64,000 nt of DNA from Macrostomum hystrix (Eukaryota > Animalia > Platyhelminthes), in contig CATNEN010000034.1 of NCBI GenBank assembly GCA_950097015.1, forward strand, positions 372,001 to 436,000. The letters run 5' to 3'. The notes under the pieces are model-generated. The model did no database searches. It was not told the origin of the DNA and saw only the letters and a program-made list of their open reading frames with translations. Numbering within the stretch: position 1 is the stretch's first letter; each line of letters starts with the position of its first letter. Below, in pieces: positions 47,701 to 60,100 of this stretch. The position numbers and the translations under genes were made by a program.

Positions 47701-50700
47701 TGGCCGATGCCGAGAATGCTGGGCGAAGCGGTCGGCGAGGCTGATGACTTTGATCGCTTCGCTGGCTTCTGCTGGCTCCTGTAAGGCATGTTTGGGTGAG
47801 AATTGCTTCATCTGATGTCACAGTTGGTAAATCTGATGTCACAGTTGGTGAATCTGATGTCACAGTTAGTAAATCTGATGTCACAGTTGGTGAATCTGAT
47901 GTCACAGTTGGTGAATCTGATGTCACAGTTGGTGAATCTAATTTTAGAGTCGGTGAATCTGATTTTAGAGTCGGTGAATCTGATTTTAGAGTCGGTGAAT
48001 CTGATTTTAGATTTGGTGAATCTAGTTTTAGATTTGGTGAATCCAGCTGGCAAAGTCGCTTACCAGGTGAACAGAGGGCAGTTATTTGGGGGGCAGTGCT
48101 GTTTGACAATCTTGTTGATCTCCTCGCTGGCTGCAGTCCTGAGCAGACGCAGCTGTGTGACGGACATGCCGGAGATCTGCAGCTCGCGCTGGTTGACATT
48201 GGGGCGATGGGAGCGCGCGAAAGACGACCAGCGAAATTTGGTGCCTCGCTTCAGGCCCCCACCGTTGCCGTTCTCCTCTTGAAGCAGCAGCTGCTGCTCT
48301 TGCTGCTGGGAGTCTGACAGCAGCTCATCATCGAATGGAGACCTGCGGCGTTGCGATGGCCTTGATACACGGTACTTGGCATGCAATAATATATGCTTTA
48401 AAGGGCAGCCTGAAGACTGAAGGAGGGGCTGAGGGCCGACCTGAAGGACTAGGGTAAGGGGCTGAGGCCCCACCTGAAGGACTGGGGGAAGGGGCTGACC
48501 TGAAAGACTGGGTGAAGGGGCCGACCTGAAAGACTGGGGGAAGGGGCTGACCTGAAGGACTGGGGGAAGGGGCTGACCTGAAGGACTGGGGGAAGGGGCT
48601 GACCTGAAGGACTGGGGGAAGGGGCCGACCTGAAGGACTGGGGAAGGGGCTGACCTGAAGGACTGGGGGAAGGGGCCGACCTGAAGGACTGGGGGAAGGG
48701 GCCGACCTGAAGGACTGGGGGAAGGGGCTGACCTGAAGGACTGGGGGAAGGGGCTGACCTGAAGGACTGGGGGAGCGTGGGTAGTCCAGTCAGCACTTAC
48801 ATGGACCCCAACAGCGCGGTGGCAGCTGCCGATGACTCTTCATCGCTGGCTGCAGTCGACGACGAAGTCCCGGCTCCAACCCCGGTCGCCGCAGCCGACG
48901 ACGATGACCTTGATGAAGCTAGACCGACTGGCGGCTGAAGCTGCAGAAGCTGATCCAGCTCAGCGATGTTCTCCATCAGGTCCGAGTCGTCGGCCCACCC
49001 CCTGCCGCTGCTGCCGACGCCACCGCCAGTGCCAACAGAGCTCGACGACTGCGTCGGCAGAGTGCGGAAGCCTTTGGTTGAGAGAGAACGCATTATTGTT
49101 TATTGAAGTCTACAACCAAATAAAGTTGGAAACCATTTTAATAACCAGACACTAACGATCTGACACTGACGCGCAAAGAAAATAATCATGTTTAGAGCAG
49201 GGGTCAGCAGACTTTTTAGGTAGCGGGCCAAAGAGAGAATCTAAAAGCCGCATCATATGAGTCATATCGGGGAGATATGACACAGGAGAGATGAGACACG
49301 GGAGAGATGAGACACGGGAGAGATGAGACAGTGCAGAGATGAGACACGGGAGAGATTAAACACGGGAGAGATGAGACACGGGAGAGATTAAACACGGGAG
49401 AGATGAGACACGGGAGAGATGAGACAGTGCAGAGATGAGACACGGGAGAGATGAGACACGGGAGAGATGAGACAGTGCAGAGATGAGACAGTGCAGAGAT
49501 GAGACACGGGAGAGATGAGACACGGGAGAGATGAGACAGTGCAGAGATGAGACACGGGAGAGATGAGACACGGGAGAGATGAGACAGTGCAGAGATGAGA
49601 CACGGGAGAGATGAGACACGGGAGAGATTAAACACGGGAGAGATGAGACACGGGAGTGATGAGACACGGGAGAGATGAGACACGGGAGAGATGAGACACG
49701 GGAGTGATGAGACACGGGAGAGATGAGACACGGGAGAGATTAAACACGGGAGAGATGAGACACGGGAGAGATGAGACAGTGCAGAGATGAGACACGGGAG
49801 AGATTAAACACGGGAGAGATGAGACACGGGAGAGATTAAACACGGGAGAGATGAGACACGGGAGAGATGAGACAGTGCAGAGATGAGACACGGGAGAGAT
49901 GAGACACGGGAGAGATGAGACAGTGCAGAGATGAGACAGTGCAGAGATGAGACACGGGAGAGATGAGACACGGGAGAGATGAGACAGTGCAGAGATGAGA
50001 CACGGGAGAGATGAGACACGGGAGAGATGAGACAGTGCAGAGATGAGACACGGGAGAGATGAGACACGGGAGAGATTAAACACGGGAGAGATGAGACACG
50101 GGAGTGATGAGACACGGGAGAGATGAGACACGGGAGAGATGAGACACGGGAGTGATGAGACACGGGAGAGATGAGACACGGGAGAGATTAAACACGGGAG
50201 AGATGAGACACGGGAGAGATGAGACACGGGAGAGATGAGACACGGGAGAGATGAGACAGTGCAGAGATGACACACGGGAGAGATGAGACAGTGCAGAGAT
50301 GAGACACGGGAGAGATGAGACACGGGAGTGATGAGACACGGGAGAGATGAGACACGGGAGAGATTAAACACGGGAGAGATGAGACACGGGAGAGATTAAA
50401 CACGGGAGAGATGAGACACGGGAGAGATGAGACACGGGAGAGATGAGACACGGGAGAGATGAGACAGTGCAGAGATGAGACACGGGAGAGATGAGACAGT
50501 GCAGAGATGAGACACGGGAGAGATGAGACAGTGCAGAGATGAGACACGGGAGAGATGAGACACGGGAGAGATGAGACACGGGAGAGATTAAACACGGGAG
50601 AGATGAGACACGGGAGAGATGAGACAGTGCAGAGATGAGACACGGGAGAGATGAGACAGTGCAGAGATGAGACACGGGAGTGATGAGACACGGGAGAGAT

Positions 50701-51983
50701 GAGACATGGGAGAGATGAAACAGGATTCTATAGGTGTTGGAAGGGGCAACGGGCCGGATTTTTGAACTTCGAAGGCCGAAGGTTTGCCGACCCCTGATTT
50801 AGAGGGATTTTAATCTCACCATACTCGCACCGCCAGTTGGCTTTCAAATCGTACTGCGTTTTGAATGAGCTTCGACGATTAGCCTTCATTTCGAAGGCTT
50901 CGTTTTGAGTAGAAAAAAAGGAAAGAAGTAACGTTATAAAGTTCCCATGCAGTTGTTATATATGTGCTGCCCATCATACAAATAAGTCGGGTCGGGGATG
51001 ACTAAGTCTTTAGTCTGGCAAGAGCGTGTCAAGCTCTGGAGGGGTAAAGGAGCTTGGGGTGGCGGGTGGAATGTACATTGATAATGTACATTACTATAAA
51101 TTCTTGCCCCTTTCCTATAACTAAGCCTCCACTAGATATGCGACCCGTTAATAGACAGATATATATTTATATATATTTGTTTACAGTCGTAAATATATAA
51201 TAAGTTAGGACCACAAGTCACAACCCACCCCAGTGTTTGATTTACTTGAGGTAGAGCGATGCAGGCACGAATGCATCGAACAGAAGTAAAATTGTATGAA
51301 GCTACAAAAACTCATATGAGGGAAAACTTTCCTTTTTTTAATCGAAGAAATGCAATAGAAATTGAACAAATCAGTTAAAATAAATGGATTAAATGGAAAC
51401 TAAATGGAACTAAACTAAATTAAACTAAATAGACTACTTCCACATAAGTAACATGAACATGAATCTGCGCCAGGATTCCAGATCCCACATACGATGCCCC
51501 CCATAGACAATGATCTAATCCTCACTGTGCACCCGTAGGCCATCCAGCTCAGTCTGCAGCCGCTCCAGCACCAGATCCAGGCAGCGACTGTCGCGCTGAC
51601 CGGGCGATCCGGCATCGTCACGCGGACAGAGTTTTGTCTGCTGCTCTAGCGGCGGTTCCTGCATCCTCCGATGCTGCTGCTGCTGCTGTCCCCGTCGACG
51701 CAGCGAGCGAAATGCGAATCCTTCGCGCTGCAGCCGGGAGAATGTCGACTTGATGCGGCCGCTGGCCGAGCGCAGGAGGCCGACGCCGTTGCTTCCAGAG
51801 CCGCTGCCGCCTCCGCCGCCGGCGACGCCGCCACTGGCGCTGCCGCTGACACCGGCCTGGCGACCTGGACGAGAGCCGCTCGAGAAACCACCGCCGGTCG
51901 CTGACTTTGAGCTGCTGCCGGCACTATCGGTGCTGCGTTCAGTCTGGGCGATGAGGCGAGATATGGATGTGGTCGCTGGGTCG
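44303..51983 (-). CDS. STARD13: RhoGAP-START protein (DLC1/STARD13/crossveinless-c family), 5'-partial; complement join(51983..51526,49071..48801,48342..48064,47778..47523,47065..46553,45548..45238,44702..44303), >=828 aa
   Basis: Phase-compatible GT-AG exons; FRWSSFARSHRP; VFGMPL...GIFRRAGGK (Arg finger); DLADLVKTYLRELPE; MTPSNLAVCLAPSLF; START motifs HPLRLWKASVLVEA and SRTDLRGHSAEWYSATWGH. Symbol denotes family, not one-to-one orthology. Confidence 0.92.
44790..45140. repeat. Three diverged ~118-bp tandem units in the last RhoGAP intron
   Basis: CCAATCAG at 44823, 44940 and 45060, each followed by ...GAAATT..CCGAAGACGA..GGGCTTAAACGATCACGCT.TGAT..CGTGA. Confidence 0.88.
45238..45548 (-). 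CDS. STARD13: RhoGAP-START exon (START N-half)
   Basis: ctctcag|VPDELYRRL...HPLRLWKASVLVEANSTDVLNRIVAE AG|gtttgt. Confidence 0.92.
45595..46530. repeat. 23-bp pyrimidine-rich minisatellite (CTATCCGCCCTCTACTTCTGCCC) with ~208-bp higher-order period
   Basis: Variant TTCCACCC at 45950, 46042, 46158, 46250, 46366 (spacing 92/116 alternating). Confidence 0.93.
46553..47065 (-). CDS. STARD13: RhoGAP-START exon (RhoGAP core)
   Basis: acacag|ARVSALRAEID...QPYDLADLVKTYLRELPECL...HRMFT|gtgagc. Confidence 0.95.
47270..47488. repeat. 19-bp G-rich minisatellite with three sequential sub-variants
   Basis: GGGATGGGGATCTAGGTTT, GGGATGGGATTTCAGGATT, GGGAGCTAGAATCGGGATT. Confidence 0.88.
47523..47778 (-). 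CDS. STARD13: RhoGAP-START exon (GAP N-terminus, Arg finger)
   Basis: ttacag|G SQQKP...AVFGMPLSTVQMRCGQPLP...HGIFRRAGGK|gtgcgt. Confidence 0.93.
47805..48045. repeat. 21-bp minisatellite, two variants (GAATCTGATGTCACAGTTGGT; GAATCTGATTTTAGAGTCGGT)
   Basis: Fills almost the whole 285-bp intron. Confidence 0.93.
48064..48342 (-). CDS. STARD13: RhoGAP-START exon (pre-GAP conserved block)
   Basis: ccgcag|G SPFDDELL...KFRWSSFARSHRP...LQISGMSVTQLRLLR...LFT TG|gtaagc; an alternative in-phase acceptor at 48360 is possible. Confidence 0.88.
48412..48775. repeat. 26-bp minisatellite (CTGACCTGAAGGACTGGGGGAAGGGG)n
   Basis: Period 26 (48547, 48573). Confidence 0.95.
48801..49071 (-). CDS. STARD13: RhoGAP-START exon (Ser-rich region)
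   Basis: ctctcaaccaaag|GC FRTLP...SDLMENIAELDQLLQ...LLGS AT|gtaagt; IAELDQLL resembles the DLC IFPELDDIL motif. Confidence 0.85.
49198..50796 (+). mobile_element. Non-autonomous hAT element (MITE) copy A with expanded internal 16-bp minisatellite
   Basis: TIRs CAGGGGTCAGCAGACT ... GGTTTGCCGACCCCTG; 8-bp flanks GTTTAGAG/ATTTAGAG (7/8); subterminal sequence shared with 52601-53011; no transposase. Confidence 0.88.
49270..50720. repeat. 16-bp minisatellite (GAGATGAGACACGGGA)n inside the hAT MITE; 448-bp higher-order duplication
   Basis: Identical repeat ORFs at 49356/49804 and 49388/49836 (offset 448 = 28 units). Confidence 0.96.
51526..51983 (-). CDS. STARD13: RhoGAP-START exon (most 5' exon identified; Gly/Ser-rich)
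   Basis: ccccag|C DPATTSIS...GLLRSASGRIKSTFSRLQREG...LDGLRVH A|gtgagg; phases match the next exon. Confidence 0.82.
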
Positions 51984-51993
51984 CTGGGGTTCA

Positions 51994-52587
51994 GTCCACA
52001 GACTATTTGGGGTCTGGGACTCTTATAGATCAATGTGTTCTGTCCACAGACTATTTGGGGTCTAGGCTCTTTTAGATCAATGTGTTCTGTCCAGACTATT
52101 TGAGGTCTAGGCTCTTTTAGATCAATGTGTTCTGTCCACAGACTATTTGAGGTCTAGGCTCGTTTAGATCAATGTGTTCTGTCCACAGACTATTTGAGGT
52201 CTGGGACTCTTTTAGATCAATGTGTTCTGTCCACAGACTATTTGAGGTCTAGGCTCTTTTAGATCAATGTGTTCTGTCCACAGACTATTTGAGGTCTAGG
52301 CTCTTTTAGATCAATGTGTTCTGTCCACAGACTATTTGAGGTCTAGGCTCTTTTAGATCAATGTGTTCTGTCCACAGACTATTTGGGGTCTGGGACTCTT
52401 ATAGATCAATGTGTTCTGTCCACAGACTATTTGAGGTCTAGGCTCTTTTAGATCAATGTGTTCTGTCCACAGACTATTTGAGGTCTAGGCTCTTTTAGAT
52501 CAATGTGTTCTGTCCACAGACTATTTGGGATCTAGGACTCTTATGGATCAATGTGTTCTGTCCACAGACTATTTTGGGTCTAGGCTT
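51994..52587. repeat. 47/48-bp minisatellite (GTCCACAGACTATTTGAGGTCTAGGCTCTTTTAGATCAATGTGTTCT)n
   Basis: Directly visible; begins ~10 nt from the exon acceptor. Confidence 0.96.
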
Positions 52588-52600
52588 TTGTGAGCTAAGG

Positions 52601-53011
52601 CAGGGGTCGGCAAACTTATTAGCGTGCGGGCCACAGAGAGAACCTAAAAGACGACAGCGGGCCGCATTAACTGTTCGAATATGAGAAACGGGATCGAGAT
52701 AGATGAGACAGGGAAGAGATGAGACAGAGAAGAGATGAGACAGGGAAGAGACGAGGCACAGGAGAGATGAGACAGGGGAGGGATGAGACAGGGGAGGGAT
52801 GAGACAAAGAAGAGATGAGACAGAGAAGATTGAGCCAGGGAGACATGAGACAGAGGAGAGATAAGACACATCCCAGATGAGACCGAGGAGAGTATGAGAC
52901 TCTCCAGATCAGGAGAAACGGGATACTGTATGTGTTGGAAGGGGCCACGGACCGGATTTGGGAGCTTCGAGGGCCGGATCTGGCCCGCGGGCCGGAGTTT
53001 GCCGACCCCTG
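52601..53011 (+). mobile_element. Non-autonomous hAT element (MITE) copy B, 411 bp
   Basis: Perfect 16-bp TIRs CAGGGGTCGGCAAACT / AGTTTGCCGACCCCTG; 8-bp flanks AGCTAAGG/ATCTAAGG (7/8); short degenerate GAGATGAGACAGGG repeats inside. Confidence 0.92.
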
Positions 53012-53771
53012 ATCTAAGGTGTTGTCTTTATTGACTCATCGATCACCGGAAATTTTCCACTGACTTTCTTTTTAGGATCTATCCACAGGCTCTCGTGTAC
53101 CAGTCACTCGTGGACCACGAGGCAATGTTAAGAGACTTGGAAAAATTGAAATATTCGTCTATCGTCACAAAATGCGAGTATTTAGTTGACAGAATTATGG
53201 CTCTCGCCAATAAAAATGTTTGATTTTTTTTCTAAATAAATTGTATTTTTTATTTTAATAAAAAAGTGCGCAGTTTAACGCTGGGTAATGTTGCATTTTT
53301 AGTCACTCTAAAGTGCAATCAGATTGCTAGGATAAAATCTAAAGACCGGCTCACACAGCTAGGTAAAAGATTCTGTTACAATGGTAAGACTCTAGTATAA
53401 TTAGAGAAGTGATAGTACTGACTGCATTTCACAGCACAATGTGAGAAACTGTGTGTGGTCGAAAATTCCCTTTCTCGTTTGTGTGTCGTGAGACCCAATG
53501 CATCTCAAAGCATTTAAGAGACGTTAATAGGTATGTCTGCTGTCACTTTCTCCAAAATAGAAGAATTGTGAAAGATACATTTATTATGTGGAATAGCAGT
53601 CAGCAGTGCTGAAGGATTGTCAAAACAACGAGCTGTAATGGGCCAATGTTATGAAAGACAGTTTAACAGCGATAGGACTTGCATCAAGCAGAAGAGCGAT
53701 GCCAGACAAACTGTATATCTGCATGCATCAACACTCACGATTAGCTGTTTCTGCTCATCACTGCAGAATGC

Positions 53772-56320
53772 CTCAACTACTGGTTTTGTGTGAATTGTTC
53801 TGCTACTGGTTTTGTGTGAATTGTTCTGCTACTGGTTTTGTGTGAATTGTTCTGCTACTGGTTTTGTGTGAATTGTTCTGCTACTGGTTTTGTGTGAATT
53901 GTTCTACTACTGGTTTTGTGTGAATTGTTCTGCTACTGGTTTTGTGTGAATTGTTCTGCTACTGGTTTTGTGTGAATTGTTCTACTACTGGTTTTGTGTG
54001 AATTGTTCTGCTACTGGTTTTGTGTGAATTGTTCTACTACTGGTTTTGTGTGAATTGTTCTGCTACTGGTTCTGTGTGAATTGTTCTACTACTGGTTTTG
54101 TGTGAATTGTTCTGCTACTGGTTTTGTGTGAATTGTTCTACTACTGGTTTTGTGTGAATTGTTCTGCTACTGGTTTTGTGTGAATTGTTCTGCTACTGGT
54201 TTTGTGTGAATTGTTCTGCTACTGGTTTTGTGTGAATTGTTCTGCTACTGGTTCTGTGTGAATTGTTCTGCTACTGGTTTTGTGTGAATTGTTCTGCTAC
54301 TGGTTCTGTGTGAATTGTTCTACTACTGGTTTTGTGTGAATTGTTCTGCTACTGGTTTTGTGTGAATTGTTCTACTACTGGTTTTGTGTGAATTGTTCTG
54401 CTACTGGTTTTGTGTGAATTGTTTAACTACTGGTTCTGTGTGAATTGTTTAACTACTGGTTCTGTGTGAATTGTTCTGCTACTGGTTCTGTGTGAATTGT
54501 TCTACTACTGGTTCTGTGTGAATTGTTCTGCTACTGGTTTTGTGTGAATTGTTCTGCTACTGGTTTTGTGTGAATTGTTCTGCTACTGGTTTTGTGTGAA
54601 TTGTTTAACTACTGGTTCTGTGTGAATTGTTCTGCTACTGGTTTTGTGTGAATTGTTCTGCTACTGGTTTTGTGTGAATTGTTCTGCTACTGGTTCTGTG
54701 TGAATTGTTCTACTACTGGTTTTGTGTGAATTGTTCTGCTACTGGTTCTGTGTGAATTGTTCTGCTACTGGTTCTGTGTGAATTGTTCTACTACTGGTTC
54801 TGTGTGAATTGTTCTACTACTGGTTTTGTGTGAATTGTTCTGCTACTGGTTTTGTGTGAATTGTTCTACTACTGGTTTTGTGTGAATTGTTCTGCTACTG
54901 GTTTTGTGTGAATTGTTTAACTACTGGTTCTGTGTGAATTGTTTAACTACTGGTTCTGTGTGAATTGTTCTGCTACTGGTTCTGTGTGAATTGTTCTACT
55001 ACTGGTTCTGTGTGAATTGTTCTGCTACTGGTTTTGTGTGAATTGTTCTGCTACTGGTTTTGTGTGAATTCTTCTGCTACTGGTTTTGTGTGAATTGTTT
55101 AACTACTGGTTCTGTGTGAATTGTTCTGCTACTGGTTCTGTGTGAATTGTTCTACTACTGGTTCTGTGTGAATTGTTCTGCTACTGGTTTTGTGTGAATT
55201 GTTCTGCTACTGGTTTTGTGTGAATTGTTCTGCTACTGGTTTTGTGTGAATTGTTTAACTACTGGTTCTGTGTGAATTGTTCTACTACTGGTTTTGTGTG
55301 AATTGTTCTGCTACTGGTTCTGTGTGAATTGTTCTGCTACTGGTTCTGTGTGAATTGTTCTACTACTGGTTCTGTGTGAATTGTTCTGCTACTGGTTTTG
55401 TGTGAATTGTTCTGCTACTGGTTTTGTGTGAATTGTTCTACTACTGGTTTTGTGTGAATTGTTCTGCTACTGGTTCTGTGTGAATTGTTTAACTACTGGT
55501 TCTGTGTGAATTGTTCTGCTACTGGTTCTGTGTGAATTGTTCTACTACTGGTTCTGTGTGAATTGTTCTGCTACTGGTTTTGTGTGAATTGTTCTGCTAC
55601 TGGTTTTGTGTGAATTGTTCTGCTACTGGTTTTGTGTGAATTGTTTAACTACTGGTTCTGTGTGAATTGTTCTGCTACTGGTTCTGTGTGAATTGTTCTA
55701 CTACTGGTTCTGTGTGAATTGCTCTGCTACTGGTTTTGTGTGAATTGTTCTGCTACTGGTTTTGTGTGAATTGTTCTACTACTGGTTTTGTGTGAATTGT
55801 TTAACTACTGGTTCTGTGTGAATTGTTCTGCTACTGGTTCTGTGTGAATTGTTCTACTACTGGTTCTGTGTGAATTGTTCTGCTACTGGTTTAGTGTGAA
55901 TTGTTCTGCTACTGGTTCTGTGTGAATTGTTTAACTACTGGTTCTGTGTGAATTGTTCTGCTACTGGTTCTGTGTGAATTGTTCTACTACTGGTTCTGTG
56001 TGAATTGTTCTGCTACTGGTTTTGTGTGAATTGTTCTACTACTGGTTCTGTGTGAATTGTTCTGCTACTGGTTTTGTGTGAATTGTTCTGCTACTGGTTC
56101 TGCGTGAATTGTTCTGCTACTGGTTTTGTGTGAATTGTTCTGCTACTGGTTTTGTGTGAATTGTTCTGCTACTGGTTTTGTGTGAATTGTTCTGCTACTG
56201 GTTTTGTGTGAATTGTTCTGCTACTGGTTTTGTGTGAATTGTTCTGCTACTGGTTTTGTGTGAATTGTTCTGCTACTGGTTCGGTGTGAATTGTTCTGCT
56301 ACTGGTTCTGTGTGAATTGT
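53772..56320. repeat. 26-bp satellite (TGTGTGAATTGTTCTGCTACTGGTTT)n, ~2.5 kb
   Basis: Period 26 (53821, 53847). Confidence 0.98.
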
Positions 56321-57176
56321 TAGTGATACTGAACGCTCTCCATATAATATGTTCGTTGATTAAAACAAGCAGAACAGAATCACGAACTCACTCACTCAAA
56401 AGAATTTCTTCAACGGTGTAGGAGGCATCCTTGTCTTGTGACGACGGTGAATTAAATAAATTTCGCAGCAGAAGAAGATAAATAGCATGCACAGCTGTAC
56501 ACAGGACAGCAATATCAAGCCTTGCTTTCAGCCAAGAAGGCACTTTCACTTAGGTTTTGTGTATATGTATATGCACACACACAGACAAAGTAAACCATGG
56601 GCGTACATTTGCTGACAGATTTCACACTAATTTCCTATGTTTCTGGACCGGAAGGTAAGAAGAGGAGAACTGGAGAGGTGAGGTTGGGACTGGGAGAGAA
56701 GAAAAAGGGCGAAGGACCTAACGGCCCAGTGCCGTACGTGGGGGGTGGGGGGTGGGTGGCCAGAGGTGTCACTAAAACCTATTAAGTTACTGGCAAACGT
56801 GGACCACCTGGGGTGTCGTGTGCGTAAAACTGGCTTTCACGCATTCTAACCCAGTGTTAGAAATTAATTGAAATCGAATTGCCTTTTGTTGAGGCACTGA
56901 TGTATCTACGGTCGTCTCTCGGACAGGAAGTCCGTGAAAGCAAGCCAATTGACTGTTTAAAAGTTTCAGCCCTCTGCTTTTACAGCTGTTAAGCCCTCTG
57001 ACCCGTGTAATTAAGGCTAGTATTTGTAAGTGAGCGAAATTGAAAAATGAAAACCATAAGGAACATGCTCACAACGAATTTGCTTTGCTTAAGTAAAAAT
57101 GTTTACTTAATCTCTACTTAAATTAGAGATGTAAGCGAAAAAATAATTTCATCGTTATGAAACATTCGGCGAGTTA

Positions 57177-60100
57177 TCCATTAGGCAGATTCATTAGCAT
57201 GAGCCAGCAGATCCATTAGGCAGATTCATTAGGATGAGACAGCAGATCCATTAGGCAGATTCATTAGCATGAGACAGCAGATCCATTAGGCAGATTCATT
57301 TGCATGAGACAGCAGATCCATTAGGCAGATTCATTAGCATGAGCCAGCAGATCCATTAGGCAGATTCATTTGCATGAGACAGCAGATCCATTAGGAAGAT
57401 TCATTAGCATGAGACAGCAGATTCATTAGGATGAGACAGCAGATTCATTAGGATGAGACAGCAGATCCATTAGGATGAGACAGCAGATTCATTAGGATGA
57501 GACAGCAGATTCATTAGGATGAGACAGCAGATTCATTGGGATGAGACAGCAGATCCATTAGGATGAGACAGCAGATTCATTAGCATGAGACAGCAGATTC
57601 ATTAACATGAGACAGCAGATTCATTAGCATGAGACAGCAGATTCATTAGGATGAGACAGCAGATTCATTAGGATGAGACAGCAGATTCATTAGCATGAGA
57701 CAGCAGATTCATTAACATGAGACAGCAGATTCATTAGGATGAGACAGCAGATTCATTAGCATGAGACAGCAGATTCATTAACATGAGACAGCAGATTCAT
57801 TAGCATGAGACAGCAGATTCATTAGGATGAGACAGCAGATTCATTAGCATGAGACAGCAGATCCATTAGGATGAGACAGCAGATTCATTAGGATGAGACA
57901 GCACATTCATTAGGATGAGACAGCAGATCCATTAGGATGAGACAGCAGATTCATTAGGATGAGACAGCAGATTCATTAGGATGAGACAGCAGATTCATTA
58001 GCATGAGACAGCAGATTCATTAGCATGAGACAGCACATTCATTAGCATGAGACAGCAGATTCATTAGGATGAGACAGCAGATTCATTAACATGAGACAGC
58101 AGATTCATTAGCATGAGACAGCAGATCCATTAGGATGAGACAGCAGATTCATTAGCATGAGACAGCAGATTCATTAGGATGAGACAGCAGATTCATTAGG
58201 ATGAGACAGCAGATTCATTAGCATGAGACAGCAGATCCATTAGGATGAGACAGCAGATCCATTAGGATGAGACAGCAGATTCATTAGGATGAGACAGCAG
58301 ATTCATTAGCATGAGACAACAGATTCATTAGGATGAGACAGCAGATTCATTAGGATGAGACAGCAGATTCATTGGGATGAGACAGCAGATTCATTAGGAT
58401 GAGACTGCACATTCATTAGGATGAGACAGCAGATTCATTAGGATGAGACAGCACATTCATTAGCATGAGACAGCAGATTCATTAGGATGAGACAGCAGAT
58501 TCATTAGGATGAGACAGCAGATTCATTAGCATGAGACAGCAGATCCATTAGGATGAGACAGCACATTCATTAGCATGAGACAGCAGATTCATTAGGATGA
58601 GACAGCAGATTCATTAGGATGAGACAGCACATTCATTAGCATGAGACAGCAGATTCATTAGGATGAGACAGCAGATTCATTAGGATGAGACAGCAGATTC
58701 ATTAGCATGAGACAGCAGATCCATTAGGATGAGACAGCAGATCCATTAGGATGAGACAGCAGATTCATTAGGATGAGACAGCAGATTCATTAGCATGAGA
58801 CAACAGATTCATTAGGATGAGACAGCAGATTCATTAGGATGAGACAGCAGATTCATTGGGATGAGACAGCAGATTCATTAGGATGAGACAGCACATTCAT
58901 TAGGATGAGACAGCACATTCATTAGGATGAGACAGCAGATCCATTAGGATGAGACAGCAGATTCATTAGGATGAGACAGCAGATTCATTAGGATGAGACA
59001 GCAGATTCATTAGGATGAGACAGCACATTCATTAGCATGAGACAGCAGATTCATTAGGATGAGACAGCAGATTCATTAGCATGAGACAGCAGATCCATTA
59101 GGATGAGACAGCAGATTCATTAGGATGAGACAGCAGATTCATTAGGATGAGACAGCAGATTCATTAGCATGAGACAGCAGATTCATTAGGATGAGACAGC
59201 ACATTCATTAGGATGAGACAGCAGATTCATTAGCATGAGACAGCACATTCATTAGGATGAGACAGCAGATCCATTAGGATGAGACAGCAGATTCATTAGC
59301 ATGAGACAGCAGATTCATTAGCATGAGACAGCACATTCATTAGCATGAGACAGCAGATCCATTAGGATGAGACAGCAGATTCATTAGGATGAGACAGCAG
59401 ATTCATTAGGATGAGACAGCAGATTCATTAGGATGAGACAGCAGATTCATTAGCATGAGACAGCACATTCATTAGGATGAGACAGCAGATTCATTAGGAT
59501 GAGACAGCAGATTCATTAGCATGAGACAGCAGATCCATTAGGATGAGACAGCAGATTCATTAGGATGAGACAGCAGATTCATTAGGATGAGACAGCAGAT
59601 TCATTAGCATGAGACAGCAGATCCATTAGGATGAGACAGCAGATTCATTAGGATGAGACAGCAGATCCATTAGGATGAGACAGCAGATTCATTAGCATGA
59701 GACAGCAGATTCATTAGCATGAGACAGCAGATTCATTAGCATGAGACAGCAGATTCATTAGCATGAGACAGCAGATTCATTAGGATGAGACAGCAGATTC
59801 ATTAGCATGAGACAGCACATTCATTAGGATGAGACAGCAGATTCATTAGGATGAGACAGCAGATTCATTAGCATGAGACAGCACATTCATTAGGATGAGA
59901 CAGCAGATTCATTAGGATGAGACAGCAGATTCATTAGGATGAGACAGCAGATTCATTAGGATGAGACAGCAGATTCATTAGGATGAGACAGCACATTCAT
60001 TAGCATGAGACAGCACATTCATTAGGATGAGACAGCAGATTCATTAGGATGAGACAGCAGATTCATTAGCATGAGACAGCAGATTCATTAGGATGAGACA

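Noticed and set aside
49216-50691. Cys/Leu-rich ORFs (SLPCLISPVSHL)
   Set aside because: Translation of the 16-bp array inside the hAT MITE; not a transposase.
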